64,000 bases of DNA from positions 164,550,001 through 164,614,000 of the forward strand of contig NC_058368.1 in the NCBI RefSeq assembly GCF_018350175.1, written 5' to 3'. The translations under genes were made by a program, and so were the position numbers. Of the stretch, positions 36,640 to 49,549 are shown piece after piece. This DNA is from Felis catus (taxonomy: Eukaryota). Positions within the stretch are counted from its first letter, which is position 1. Every line of letters starts with the position of its first letter. The notes under the pieces are model-generated. The model was not told where the DNA came from. It saw only the letters and a program-made list of their open reading frames with translations, and made no database searches.

Positions 36640-37110
36640 TAATGTATTGCGTTTATGATGGCCTTTCAGACGTTTTCATTTTAAATATCCTCAGTTTCTA
36701 AAAGGAAACTAAGGTCAGACAACACTTGCCTAGGCTGCAAATCTGTTCAAGCAGAACATGAACAGCTTTTTATTTGCCTTTATAATTGAAGTATAAACAA
36801 TGTAGTGAATTAATGTGCTAATTATTGTTACTTATGAGGGCACACATATTTGTGCATAGAATGGATTTTAAAAATATTTATTTAGCACTTATGTTAAAAC
36901 ATCCATTATAAATGGATTTATGAATAAATTCCCACTTTTATAAAAATTATAAACTTTTTTCCATGAGTACGGGATTGTTACAAACAAACGATGATTTCAA
37001 TTGCTTAAACAACAGCCTGTCATTTTAAAGATACATATTAGGAGCTAATGATAAATGGCGATAATATTAAATACTTCACAAAGTTTTATTTTTATAAAAT
37101 CAAAATGAAA
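36640..37110. promoter_or_regulatory. Candidate developmental enhancer (PBX-HOX + MEIS motif grammar)
   Basis: CTGTCA at 37017-37022, TGATAAATGG at 37049-37058, and TTTATGA at ~36652 and ~36917, all in repeat-free sequence. Confidence 0.35.
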
Positions 37111-40100
37111 AGTCTCATTTACATTATTGTTTTCCCTGTTTTAAGACTGTGTGCCTCAATAACATTTGAGAAAATTGCGAGTGTATCAGTGAAATTGCAA
37201 TAATTTATTGGGATACAAAGCTATTTTGTGGTATTTTCCTGATACACTAAAAGCAAATATCTATTTGAAAACCCTCACGGTTATGTATAATGATATCACT
37301 GGTTGAAAATGCATTATTGAACATCAGTAGTCTTAACCATAAAAGATAGTATTTCAATAAATTGGAGGTATAGTTAGCAAGTTTAAAAAATACCCTTATT
37401 TTTAGTTGCAGCTGTTAGAATTTTCATATCCAGAGGTTAGTTTTGAGTGATTTGCTAAACTGTATCTTCTGTGTCTTTTGACAAGAAAATGTATACAACT
37501 GTAACTACAATTAAGAGTGCTTTTTTGATAAAAATAAAATAAAAGTCTGAGTAAAGTAAGTAAATCTGGACATGGTCATGGTGCCATATTTTGAGAAACA
37601 TGCAAGGCCGGGGCTTAAATTGCCACCCATTTTTCTACATCCAGAAGAAAGATAAATATAGTGATTCATAGTACTTGTGAAACCTTCAGAAAGTAAACCT
37701 TTTGCTTCATGGAAAAATGAGAAATTTGGGAGGTGGCACTTTTCATCATCAACAAAAGCTATTTTTGCAGACCAAAGAAGAAATGAAAAACTTTTCATTT
37801 ATTTAGCTGTTCCTGGAAAGGTTGTAAAAGGTCCTATCATGAAAGACGAAAAGGAAGAGCTGTTCATAGAAAGCTTTTAAAGAACAAACATCATAAGCTC
37901 AGATTCATATGGTAGGTGGAATATTGTAGGAAGGTGCAGGGGGCAAAAGCACCAGGATGTGATCCCAGAAAGAGGAGCCTCTTCTCTGTACTTTTTCCAT
38001 TGTTCCCACCTTTTATATACTTAGCTATAGGTATGTTCCAATTTAATGTACTATTCTGTGTGGAAATCCAAGTTTTCAAAAAAAAATATGAGTAGAAGTT
38101 CTCTTATACATTAGTTTTATTAAATAGTACGCCATGGGACAGCTTGACAGAGTATACTCCTGTAATTCCAGTGCAATGTGTCTCATTATCGAAATGTGTT
38201 CATCATTCATGGTAGGCTTTTTCAAATTATACTGGTATGCTACACCACAAGTCTTTATATTTGAATATATTGATACAGACTGCTACTAACTATATACTTT
38301 ATTTTCATTGTTTTGTTGAAATAAAAATAGCCATTTCTTACATGGGCAGAATTGAGTATTTTTATTATAGCATAATCATTAAAAAACTTTTATGTGAAAT
38401 ATATGGAGAATGTGTTTGCCAATTGTGAGGGTTCCTTTGTAGTGAGAGAAACTCCAGGAGACTGTGATACTCATAGTGGTAGGTGAAATGGAGCCTTGGG
38501 GAGGAAGAAAAGGGACTTGATAATACAGGGAGGAGTGGAAAGCAGAGCACTGTGCAAGGGAAGGATGGACAGATTATAGGAAAGCTCTAGGTGACAGTCG
38601 TGATAAAGGATTTGTGGGCTTGATTAAAATGTTTGTTCTGTGTATATGATAAAAGTATTTTCCTCTGTGTCATTGACAAAATATTAAATAATTTATATAT
38701 TTCTCACTAATTCACCCGTATAAATGGAATTTTGTTTTGGAAGTTTGAAGAACAGGATAAAGTGGCATTGAAGATATTGAATCATACATGTGAGGAATGG
38801 AAAAAGATAATATTCAAGGGAAAAATAAAGTCATATTCCATATTCAGCTACTGGACAGAAATTTTACTAAAATAAGGACAATTAGACTTGGGATGTAGCT
38901 GTTTCTTTAGTAAGAGTTATCCCTCCAAACTTTGTCAGTCTGGGAGAACAGATATGATCCAAGATAATGCATAGATTATTTACTAGATGGTATTGAGAAC
39001 TTCCCATCCAGTTTCTCAGAGACCCCTTATCAGTGAAGTTCCTCCAGCTCCTACATTTCCTAAGCATAGCAAACTGTAGCTCTGTCCCAAGAAGACCTTG
39101 TCAGAGGGTCAGTCTCCACCCACCATTGCAAATAGAAGGGGTCATTGTCCAGCCCTAGATGTCCCATGTATATACCACTGGTGTTAACTCTTTACTGTGG
39201 AAGCTGTGTTCATCAGGAGACAAGATCTCTTTTCTCTAGTATTTGAACTATCTGTGCATCTATCCATCTGTCTTTCATTTTACTTTTGGTCATGATTCTG
39301 AAATGCCTCTAATTGTCTTCATGTTTCTCAGTGACCTAATCTATGGAAGCCTGGGATCTAAGGCAGAAAATTGCTTTCTGATTCTTATGTTGTTTTGGCA
39401 TTTCTTTGTTTCCACACTACTTTGCCTACCATTTTAGATTACTAGACAATAAGTTCCCATTGAATTCCTTTAGTTTATCCTGTTCTGTCCTGAAATTTTA
39501 CTTCTATTTTTTTTTCCTATTTTCCAACACCTCTCTTGAATTATATTTAGGATTTACGCTCCCCTGTCAGCTCTCAAATTGAGATCTGTAAACTTTATAA
39601 TTTGTGTGTTAAATCCCTACCTTTGAATTAAATACATTCCATCCCCCAAAATAAAATCCAATCTAATATGTTCATTTAGTAAAATGATCACAGTGTGTTT
39701 CTTTAGCAACACTAAAATCATGCAGTGATTCTGCTCTGTTTCTTTAAGTGGTGTAGGTAATTTCCCTTGGATTTCACTGATCATGTACAGCATTGCACTG
39801 GTAATTCATTTTAATAAGAATGAGACAGGTGACATATTGAGTCTAGCAAGCAACATGAATGGAGTGAAAGTCCATTCTCTATGTCTAAACATAGAAGACA
39901 TAGACCTGGAAGAAAAATACTACTTTATATGTAGGCATTTATTTAGCCTTTATTTTAGATGTTTTAACAATTGTATCCTGTCACTTCTGACAGCTGTTTC
40001 TTAAAAGCAAAGCCTGTCTTGAAAGCCAGTCCTGAGTCCTAATAGCTCTGAGACTTTGTATAATGCTTTATAAAGGATAAGAAAACAAGCAATGGGACTA

Positions 40101-40438
40101 AAACTGAAATTAGGCATGAGAAAGTCTCAATTGGATGGAGGTGGATCACACTTAAAAAATTATCTAGAGGGGGATCATTTTTATTTGAGTCTCCACATTT
40201 TTTCGAGTTCTGTTTTGAAGCCAAAGGAATAACAAAAATCTTCTGTTTGTCCCCTTTTTTCTTATTAGTAGAATATAAATTGATTTTCGTGGTAGGTAGT
40301 TTTAAGTTAATTGCACTGAAATGACATTTTTAACTATATTTCTACTAATAACCAATAGAATTTATTTTCCTTAAAGAACTTTCTTGCATATTATGATAAA
40401 ACCTTTTTCCAGAACTTTGTTTTAAAATCTATTAATCC

Positions 40439-40666
40439 GGGGCATTCCTGGGTGGCTCAGTTGGTTGAGCGACTGACTTCGGCTCAGGTCATGACCTCAC
40501 AGTTCGTGAGTTCCAGCCCCGCGTCAGGCTCCGTGCTGACAGCTTGGAGCCTGGAGCCTGCTTCGGATTCTGTGTCTCCCTCTCTCTCTGCCCCTCCCCA
40601 GCTCATGCTCACACTCTGTCTCTGTCAAAAATAAATAAACTTAAAATTTTTTAAAAAATAAATAAA
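40439..40666 (+). mobile_element. Feline CanSINE
   Basis: Perfect TSD TAAAATCTATTAATCC at 40423-40438 and 40667-40682. Confidence 0.96.
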
Positions 40667-40682
40667 TAAAATCTATTAATCC

Positions 40683-40874
40683 GGGACACCTGGGTAGTTC
40701 AGTGAGTTAAGTGACTTCAGCTCAGGGTTTGATCTCATAGTTCATGAGTTCAAGCCCCGTGTCGGGGTCTGTGCTGACAGCTTCAGATTGTGTCTCCCTC
40801 TCTCTCTGCCCGTCCTCCTCTCATACTCTCTCCCTTTCTCTCTCTCTCAAAAATAAACAAACATTAAAAAATTT
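40683..40874 (+). mobile_element. CanSINE (older, internally deleted), tandem with the previous one
   Basis: GGGACACCTGGGTAGTTCAG head. Followed by a third target copy TAAATCTATTAAT at 40874-40886. Confidence 0.93.
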
Positions 40875-42311
40875 AAATCTATTAATAAAAAAAGTGATAA
40901 AATATTTATTAACAAAACAAAGTTGTGGGGGCATAAAGAGTGTATGTTCACACATACACTGTTCATTTATTTGCTTTTTTAATATCTTTGAGATAATAAA
41001 AAGAATTATTTTTCTATCAAGTCATGATTTCTGTGCAGTCGGTAAGTAATTTCCTCTCTCTTCTTGTAGGTAAAATGGAAGTCCAGTTTATTTTAGAGGC
41101 TGCTTCAGTGAATGAAAGAGAACAAAGGAGAGAGGGAAACAGTGAGTTTTATGTTTAATCTTACAATAACTTGTACCTAGGAAGTACAATTATTATGATA
41201 TTTTTCCAAGATATCTATGATCTATTGTAAGCAGGGGCTTAGATATTATACATGAGACATAAAGTAATTAAAATATTTAGGTGAACATAAATTACTTAAA
41301 GTGGTAGCTTATTGTTTTCTGTCTTGATTTGTACAATTTGGGAATTGTACAAAGAGGAAGATACGAAGCCGTGACTAATGTTGGCAGCTGGCCTCATTTA
41401 TTTTTGATGCATACCCTAAAGGTACTCAAAGTTTCATATTTCCAAAATTGTATTTAGTATGTTTCCTTCTGCGTAGCTCAGGTCTCCTCTTCCTCCAAAA
41501 ATTGTCGTTGTATAGCAGAGGAACTATTGTTGGATTACCTCCAATTTCCATACAAGTCTATCTTAACCCAAAGCTGTCACTTTGCTGTACCTTACAGAAA
41601 AGTCAAAAGCCATGAGGAAAACTATATCCAGAGTTTAGTCAACATGTAGAGGCAATATCCTCCATTTTGTTTCTGAAGAAACATGGACACTTTATTGAAA
41701 TACTATATAAGTTAAGCTTTAAGAATTTTCATAAAGTTTAAATGTTTTTAAAACAATGGTAAACACTTTGGCATCAATATATTAAATGTGAAACTGATGA
41801 TGAATTACATAAATTATTACACTTAATATTTATGGAGAAGAATCTTAGGGATATGTACTTCAAAATCCACTTTTTACTGCATTTTTATTTTCTGCTATAA
41901 TATCTCTTTAGTTTTAAGACTGTTAATCATTTTTAGAGAAAATAGATGTTCACTAATAAATTAACGTTTTAATGTTTAACTATTATACTTATGAACTGAG
42001 AATCAATGAAAAATTTAGAGAAATAGTTTTATTCATGATTGCCTAAATTATTGTTTAGCTTAATCATGTGAACTAGTTAATTTATACTGATTATAAGCAA
42101 AAGAATATCATAATGATAAACTACAATATATCTTTTTCATTATTTTACTTCCAATATATAATCAAGGAAACATATCTTTAAGAGGGAAATTTTAGCTTTT
42201 CCTTGTAAAGCCTTCTCTGTAACTTTTGGTGCTCATATTTAACCTTCATGTTATAGTTGGCCCTAAAAAATTTTCCTATTAAAATAAATTCATTTAAAAA
42301 TTATGCAAATA

Positions 42312-42312
<1 letters not shown>

Positions 42313-42365
<53 letters not shown>
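42313..42365. repeat. (GT)n(AT)n compound microsatellite
   Basis: Direct reading. Confidence 0.95.
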
Positions 42366-42368
<3 letters not shown>

Positions 42369-42589
42369 AATTAAGCACTATGTGTAAAAATTGTGTTCGA
42401 TGCAGATTCCATCGAAATTTTATTCAGTAATGTACATATATATATATATCTATATATCTGTGGTATCATATTATGCTATTTTTCTTAATTTTGAATTTAA
42501 TATGTCATATAGACAAAAATTAGGATTTGAATGTGATAAAAATATATGGAAAACTTAGTTGAGTTTCTTTTTTTTTTTTTATTGAGGTG

Positions 42590-43160
42590 TTGTTTCAGTT
42601 ACTAGTGCTGCATAAAAGTTGTCTCCAAAACTTAAAGGCTTAAAGCAGCAATAATCATTTTATTTTCCATTTTCTTATGTTTAGGCATTTGGGAATAGCA
42701 TAGTCAGGCTTCAGGTCTTTCTTAAAATTGCAGTTAGATGTGGTTGGAGCTGGAAGAGCTGGTGATTGGAGAAGCTAGGGTCTTTGCTAGACATCTCCTT
42801 TTTTATATAGTTTCTCAAATGCGATCTCTTCAGGTAGACCATTTATAGGAGTCCTCCCAGCATGGTGGCCTGAAGGCAGTCAGACTTATCATAACAGTTC
42901 AGAGCTCCAATGTTAGTGTTCACATGATCAAGTCAGAAGCTGAATCACCTTTTGTAATCTAGCTTTGGAAGTCATCTAATGTTTTTTCCATCCTATTCTT
43001 TTTGGTGAAACAGGCACAAATACAATTATCCTGTCTGCAGGTAGGGGATCGTCCGTCTTGGTTTGTTTGCAGACTCTCCTGGTATTAGCACTAAAATCCC
43101 ACATCCTGGAAACCCCCAGGGCACTTAGTTACCCCATTCTCAGCAGAAAAGTATTGAAGT
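42590..43160 (-). mobile_element. MLT1-type LTR with a MER81-like insertion
   Basis: TGTTTCAGTTACTAGTGCTGCATAA...CCAAAACTTAAAGGCTTAAAGCAGCAA...CAGCATGGTGGCC...CTAGCTTTGGAAGTCA. Confidence 0.75.
43043..43136. mobile_element. MER81-like hAT-Blackjack MITE
   Basis: TAGGGGA...TTAGCACTAAAATCCCACATCCTGGAAACCCC...GTTACCCCA. Confidence 0.7.
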
Positions 43161-44056
43161 TTAATAAATTCCTTTAGTAAATTTCAGCAGTCTTATTTTG
43201 TGGTTATTGATTTTAGAGTTCTCTATAGTCAACCTTTACTTCATTAAACCATGAAGTCTCCAGTGTTATATTCTAGAAAACTGATTGTTTTGCTTTACTT
43301 TGGCTTTTAATCTATAATTACTTTTTGCATTATGGTATAAAGGAGAAGCCAAGGTTCATTTTCTTCCATATAATTTATTTATTTAATTAATTTATTGAAA
43401 AGATCACTTTCCCCCCAATATATATGTAATGTCATATATAGATAATGTAATTTTTTACATGATTTGCACTGTCGGAAATAGTAGAAATGTCTTGAACTAT
43501 AATAGTAAAAGACCTGCACCCTTATGTTCTTTTTTTTTGGTATCACTTTGGTTATTCTAGATCCTTTGCATTTCCTTATAGATTTTATAACTCACATGTC
43601 AATTAAAAGAAGCGGGGGGGGGTGTTTTGGGATTGTGTTGAAACCATATATCAGTTTGAACAGAATGAGCATTATAGATAGACCGGGTCTTTTAATATAT
43701 AATGTGGTTTTGATGTACATTGATTTGGTTATTGAGTTTCTTTCAATACTTCTCTGTATTTTCCAATTTCAAGATCTTACTTATTTTCATTATATAATTT
43801 CCAAATATTTGATATTGATATTTTTGTAGATGAGTGTAACTGATGCTTTCATCACATTTTTCTTGCTCCTTATGTCTGTACGTATATGTGTGAATATACG
43901 TGCTTTCTTGTATGTTATGTATCTTGTATCTGTATGATTTTTCACATGTTGCCCTTATGACTGGGAACCTTCCTGAATTTACTTGTTATTTTCAATATCT
44001 TATATTTTTATTGTTTTGTATTCTCTGTAAAATTTATGTCATCTAAAGTAAAACTA

Positions 44057-44232
44057 GCAGCACCTGAGTGGCATCCAACTCTTGATTTCGGCTCAAGTCA
44101 TGATCCCAGAGTCCTGGGATAGAGCCCCACACTGGGCTCAACACTCAGCGTGGAGCCTGCTTAGGATTCTCTCTATCCCCCTGCCCCTCTCCCCCACTTG
44201 CATGCACTCTCTCTCTCTCTCAAAAAAAAAAA
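44057..44232 (+). mobile_element. CanSINE
   Basis: TSD AAAGTAAAACTA at 44045-44056 and 44233-44244. Confidence 0.92.
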
Positions 44233-44301
44233 AAAGTAAAACTAATGTATTTTCTTTTTTCCAGCCATAATTACTATGTTTTTTTGTTTTTTTGTTTTTT
44301 G

Positions 44302-44762
44302 TGTGGGAAATCAAATAGCTATGTCCTAGGCTAGGAGATTATAGGGAACACATTGTAAAGCAGAACACTGCTTTCTGGCCTTGCTAAAAACAGCAGCCAC
44401 ACTTTGCTTATCTAGTTAATGTATATGTAGGGGGCACTTACATCGCTTATCTAGTTAATGTATATCTAGAGGGTAGGTCCTGCCTATACTCATAAATTCT
44501 TTAGAATATGTTATCACATGAAATATTTTATCCTGTTTTAACTTGTTTTTTCTGCATGCTTTCTATATGTTCTTATTGGCATGTAGCCCACTGTTGTACT
44601 GCACAATGTTTTCTTAAATTTATGCTCAATAAATATGGGAGCTTGAGAGCAGCTCTGGGAGACTTCCCTTAGCCTCCCTCACTTCTCTTAACTTGTGGAT
44701 TCTTGAGTAATCCTTTCTGTAGTCCTCGGCTTTGCTGGAAATAGCCAAAAACCAAACCCACA
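44302..44762 (+). mobile_element. ERV solo LTR (~460 bp)
   Basis: Terminal inverted repeat TGTGGG...CCCACA, AATAAA at ~44628, and an internal direct repeat GCTTATCTAGTTAATGTATAT(G/C)TAG at ~44406 and ~44445. Confidence 0.75.
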
Positions 44763-45649
44763 TTTTTTTTCCTTACCTTTGTTTTAAAAGCTAAAACTTT
44801 TAGTAAAATTTGAATGGTAGTGTCAACAGTGTATCTTAACTTTTAATCTAATTTGGTCTAAATTTTAACAATGTATCTAATTAGTTAGAAAGCATTCAGC
44901 ATTTTCTTACAGTGTAGTATTACAGACAGCTATTTTTGGTGGAATCTCTTCCTTATAGTTTTAAAAAGTTATTTCCTATGCCCAGTTTCATGAGAATATA
45001 ATTTTAACTATGAAATGGTAATGAATTTTAGCAACATTTTCTTCTATCTCTTTGGTTTTGTCCATTGTTCTGTTAATATGATAAATTTTAAGGAATGGCT
45101 TTCCATAAATAAATCCCACTTTATTATCAGATATTAACCATTTGATACATCACTGGATTATATTTTCTGTTTTTTTGAATTTTTATGTCTATGTTCATGG
45201 GAATATCTTGTCCCTAATTTTTCTTTGTAATGTCCTTGTCAGGTTATGGTATTGGCATTATGCTGCCTACATAAAATGAGATAGAAAATGTTGCTTGTTT
45301 TTCTCTTCTTTGGGAGATATTTTGGAACATTTGATATTTCTTCCTTAAGCATTTTAAAGAATGTATCAGGGAACCATCTTACCCAGTTATATTCTTTTTG
45401 ACAAGGATTTTATATATGGATTAAATTTCTTTTAATATAAGATTATTCAGATGTTCTATTCATTTTGTATTAGTACTGGTAAATTGAATTTGTAATAATT
45501 TGTCTATTTTATTAAAAATTCTAAACTATTGGCATAAAGTCATATATAATTGCCTATTATTATATTTTTTGTATTTTTAGCTGTAATGTCCCTATTTTCA
45601 TTCTCAATAATGGTCATTTGTATATTTTCATTTATTCTTGACCTCTTAT

Positions 45650-45858
45650 ATTTTTTAATGTTTATTTATTTTTGAGAGACAGAAAGACAGAGTGGAGTGG
45701 GGGAGGGGCAGAAAGAGAGGGAGACACAGACTGTGAAGCAGGCTCCAGGCTCTGAGCTGTCAGCACAGAGCCTGACACAAGGCTCGAACTCAAGAACTGC
45801 GAGATCATGACCTGAATGAAAGTTGGACGCTTAACCTATTAAACCACCCAGGCACCCC
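45650..45858 (-). mobile_element. CanSINE
   Basis: T-rich tail, GA tract, and ...CCACCCAGGCACCCC head. Confidence 0.94.
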
Positions 45859-48800
45859 TACCTAAACATTATTTTAAGAAGCAAGGTGAAGAATCAGCAA
45901 AATAACTAAAGTATATCTCCATCCAGAAATAATCTTTTCTTTTAGGTGTTTATCAATTTGTAATTCTTTTCGAAGATCCACCATTTGGCTGTATTGCTTT
46001 TTATTGTTGTCATTGTTGTTGCTGTTTGTGTTGTAGTCTGTTTTTGTTCTTTGATATTTCCTTAGAAAAATTTTTTTTCTTGCTTCCTTTATACTTTCAC
46101 TGTAATTGACTCTTTTCTCACTGCTTGAGTTGGGAGCTTAGGTAATTTATCATTAAGCTTTATTTTTATTTTTTGGTAATATATGCCTTTTAAGATATAA
46201 ATTTCCATATGGACACTAGGTACATTACACAAATTTTGATGTTTTATTTTCATTATCATTCAGCTCAAAATATTTCTTAATTTCTATTGTGGTATTTGTT
46301 GTTGTTGTTGTTTTTCCTTAATTTCCAAACACTTGCAAAAAGGTAATAGTAGATCATTCTACTACTGTGTGCTACGTTGTACAGTTTTGTTTATTGTTAA
46401 CTGCTAAGAGTTTCTTTATGACTTAAGGTAAGATCTATTCTTGTAAATGTTCTATGTGTACTTTAGATGTACATTTTTTTTTAACTACATGGTCATAAGC
46501 ATGACCTGTGGTCATGTTCTATAACATGACATGTGGTCATGTTCTATAAGCATCTATCAAAGTAAGTTATTTAATTATTATTCAAATCTGTCTTACTGAT
46601 ATCTTGCATTTGCATCATCTCTGTTACTGGAGATATGTGTTTTGCTAAAATCTCCAGATAGGATTGTTCATGGCTTTCTCTCTCTCTCTAAGTTGTTTTC
46701 TTTATGTATTTTCAAAATATATGTTTTGGTGCATATCAAATTAGGTTTTGTGTATCTTCATGTTAAATTCAGCAATTTATCCCTGTAAAATATTTTCTTT
46801 ATATCCAATGAAATTCTTGCTTTAAGGATTATTTTATCTGAAAATATTAGTAGCACCCACTTTGGATTCCTTTGTTCACATGGTACATATTTTCTCATCC
46901 ATTTGCTTTCAGCCTATGTGTCCTCATATTTAGAGTGGAGTGTGTGTGTGTGTGTATGTGTATGTGTGTGAGATTTTATTTTAATCAATCTGGTGATCTT
47001 TGTTTTTTACTAGGAGTTTTATACTGTTTAATTTTAATGTAATTGGTAATTGAATTGGGTTTAAATCTACCATATTGCTACTGTTTTGAATTTCTTTGTG
47101 TTATCAAACCTTTTTTTTTTTCTTTTAGAATAAGTTTTTAAATTACTTTACTATTTTATGATCTTTTAGGTTTTGGTTGTGCTTACTTCTGATCTGTTCA
47201 TTGTTACTCTGTTTATTACAATATGAATTTTTAATTTATTAAAAACTATATTAAAACAATACATGAGTCACTTCCCAAATTTTGCCACAGGTAGACTCTA
47301 TTTATCCTTTATGTACCATTTGTTCTATTGCTGTCTATGTTTTACTGTTATATATGTTATAAAGTCCACAATAAACTCTTATTGTACTCTAAGACATCAA
47401 TATTCATTATATTTATTAATTTATTTACTATTTTTGGAAACTTTAAGCCTTTCTTAAAGGCTTATGGTTTCATCTAGGATGGTTTACCTTTAGCATAGAT
47501 AATTCTAGTGTTTTTTATATTTCATATCTGCTGGAGACAAAATCTTTTGACTTTTCTCTTTTTTATAGTATCTTAATTTTTTTCTATATATTTGAATAAT
47601 ATCTTATTGTCATGTTGTATCTTCCAATACCTTAAACCTATACTTCTATTCTATTCTGCATTTTAGAGTTTCTGTTGAAAAGCCAACTTTGAGTGGTATT
47701 TTTAACGTAATTTGTCTTTTTATTCCTTCAGCTGTTTAAGTATTTTCTATCTCTATCTGTTTTGTTTTTGTTTTTATTTTAGAAATTTCACTGCAATGCA
47801 TTTGCCTGTGATTTTCTTTGTGGTTATCTAGCTTTTTGGTCACTGAATTGCTTGCATTTGTGGTTTTATATCTTTCATCAGGTTTAGAAAATTCTTAGTC
47901 ACTTTTCTTTAATATTTTTCCAGTATTCTCTTTTTGTCTCCTCATATACCTCAACTAAATATATTTTAAATATTTTGAACTCTTCTTTGTATATGTCTTG
48001 TTCTTCCCCTTTTTCTGTTTTTCATCCACGTTCAGTTTGAATATTTCTGTTTGATCTTTTTATGAAATCACTAATCCCATCTTCCATTGGTTTCAACCTT
48101 CTGTTGAATGCTTCCATCAAGACCTTAACCTCAGATAGTTGTATATTGGCACATATAGGATTTACATTAGATTCTTATTTTTATTGATGTTCAAATATAT
48201 TTTGAAATTATTTCTCTTTCCATTCATTTTGACTGTATGTTATTCCCTTTTACTTAATTTTTAATCATATTATTGGGAAATCTTTGCTTTTCATCCAGTA
48301 TATGAATCATCTCTGGTTCTGTTGCTATTGACTAATAAACATAAGTAAATTTTAAAAACATTTTGACATTTTACTTCTGAATATAAGTCATTTTTTGCAA
48401 GCTTGGAAGCAGAATCAAACTAAGGCCATTTAGTCCTCTAGGGATCCAGGCCAAGTCTTGTGATATTCAATAGAATAAGATCATAATACAAGGTGCTAAC
48501 AAAGGGATTATAGACGCCAAATAAATACCATGTATTTGTTTTTCCTTTAGTAAACAGCCAAAAGCCCAGAGCTTAAAGGGATGATATACAGAACATCTCG
48601 ATCTGCAAAGGACACAATCAACCAAATTGAAAGTTTGGCTAATCCATTGTCAAAACAGATCAGAGATTTCCCAGGATTAATGAGCAGGGGAAATTTTTAC
48701 ATCTTGAAAACTTGCTCTGAGGTTTAAAAAACTTCTGATTGTTGTTAATAAGAAAGCAAGTAAAAAATATTACAGATGTAGCTACACTGATAATTAATTT

Positions 48801-49549
48801 TGCCAGAATCTTCTACCAGTTAGAGATTAGCATAGGGGATAAATACTTGGATATTTTAATATTTCAAAATAAATTACCTCACTGGCACCTGTGCCTGTCC
48901 CTCACTAGACCCAACCATCTAGGGGCTGAATATGGAGTGCTGGAAGGCAGTGCACCAGAAGTCCATAACTAGTAATTTTGTGTTTTCAGATTTATGTATT
49001 ATATATTATAGAATATTGGATGTTTTTTCTAAAAAATATTAATTTAAATATAAGACTAAATATTCTTTCATGCACTTAAAATTTATTATTTATTACCTTG
49101 ATCCTATGAAGTCTTTATTTAATATTCTCAGGACAGGTTAATACAGGTTATCCTTTACTTTGGCATATATTTGGTATATATTTGAAAATATTACTCTGGG
49201 TATCCTTTTTTTTTTTCAAAATTAATGGTCTTTCTGGAATTTCAGTTAAAGTTCCAGAATAGTCACCATTGTCACTCCATACTGGTGGGCTTGAACTCCA
49301 AACTCCATTTCTTAGCTTTATATTGCCTCTAAAATATTTTTCACATTTCCCAGGCCTCCCAAGTGACTATATTCTACTAAGCATGCACAAATATCAGGAA
49401 CTTTTTCTGAGGCCCTTTCCTCTCTAAGACTATCCCCTCACATGCCACTTGCCTAAACAACTTTGACTTGTAATATCTGTTCTCTCTGCCAATTGAGATC
49501 TCCCTTTTTTGTATTTTCTTTCCCCACAGTATGATTTGGACAGTTCTTT

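Larger units (their letters stand above)
43170..49536 (-). mobile_element. Ancient decayed L1 (L1M-type) with nested SINEs, an LTR and an unexplained insert; probably continues beyond 53437
   Basis: T-rich + strand with antisense L1 blocks (GTAATGTCCTTGTCAGGTTATGGTATT; CATTATCATTCAGCTCAAAATATTTC; TTTCTGTTGAAAAGCCA; TTTCATCAGGTTTAGAAAATTCTTAG). Confidence 0.8.

Noticed and set aside
37810..37818. STAT-type TTCCTGGAA site
   Set aside because: A single 9-mer is expected by chance in 64 kb.
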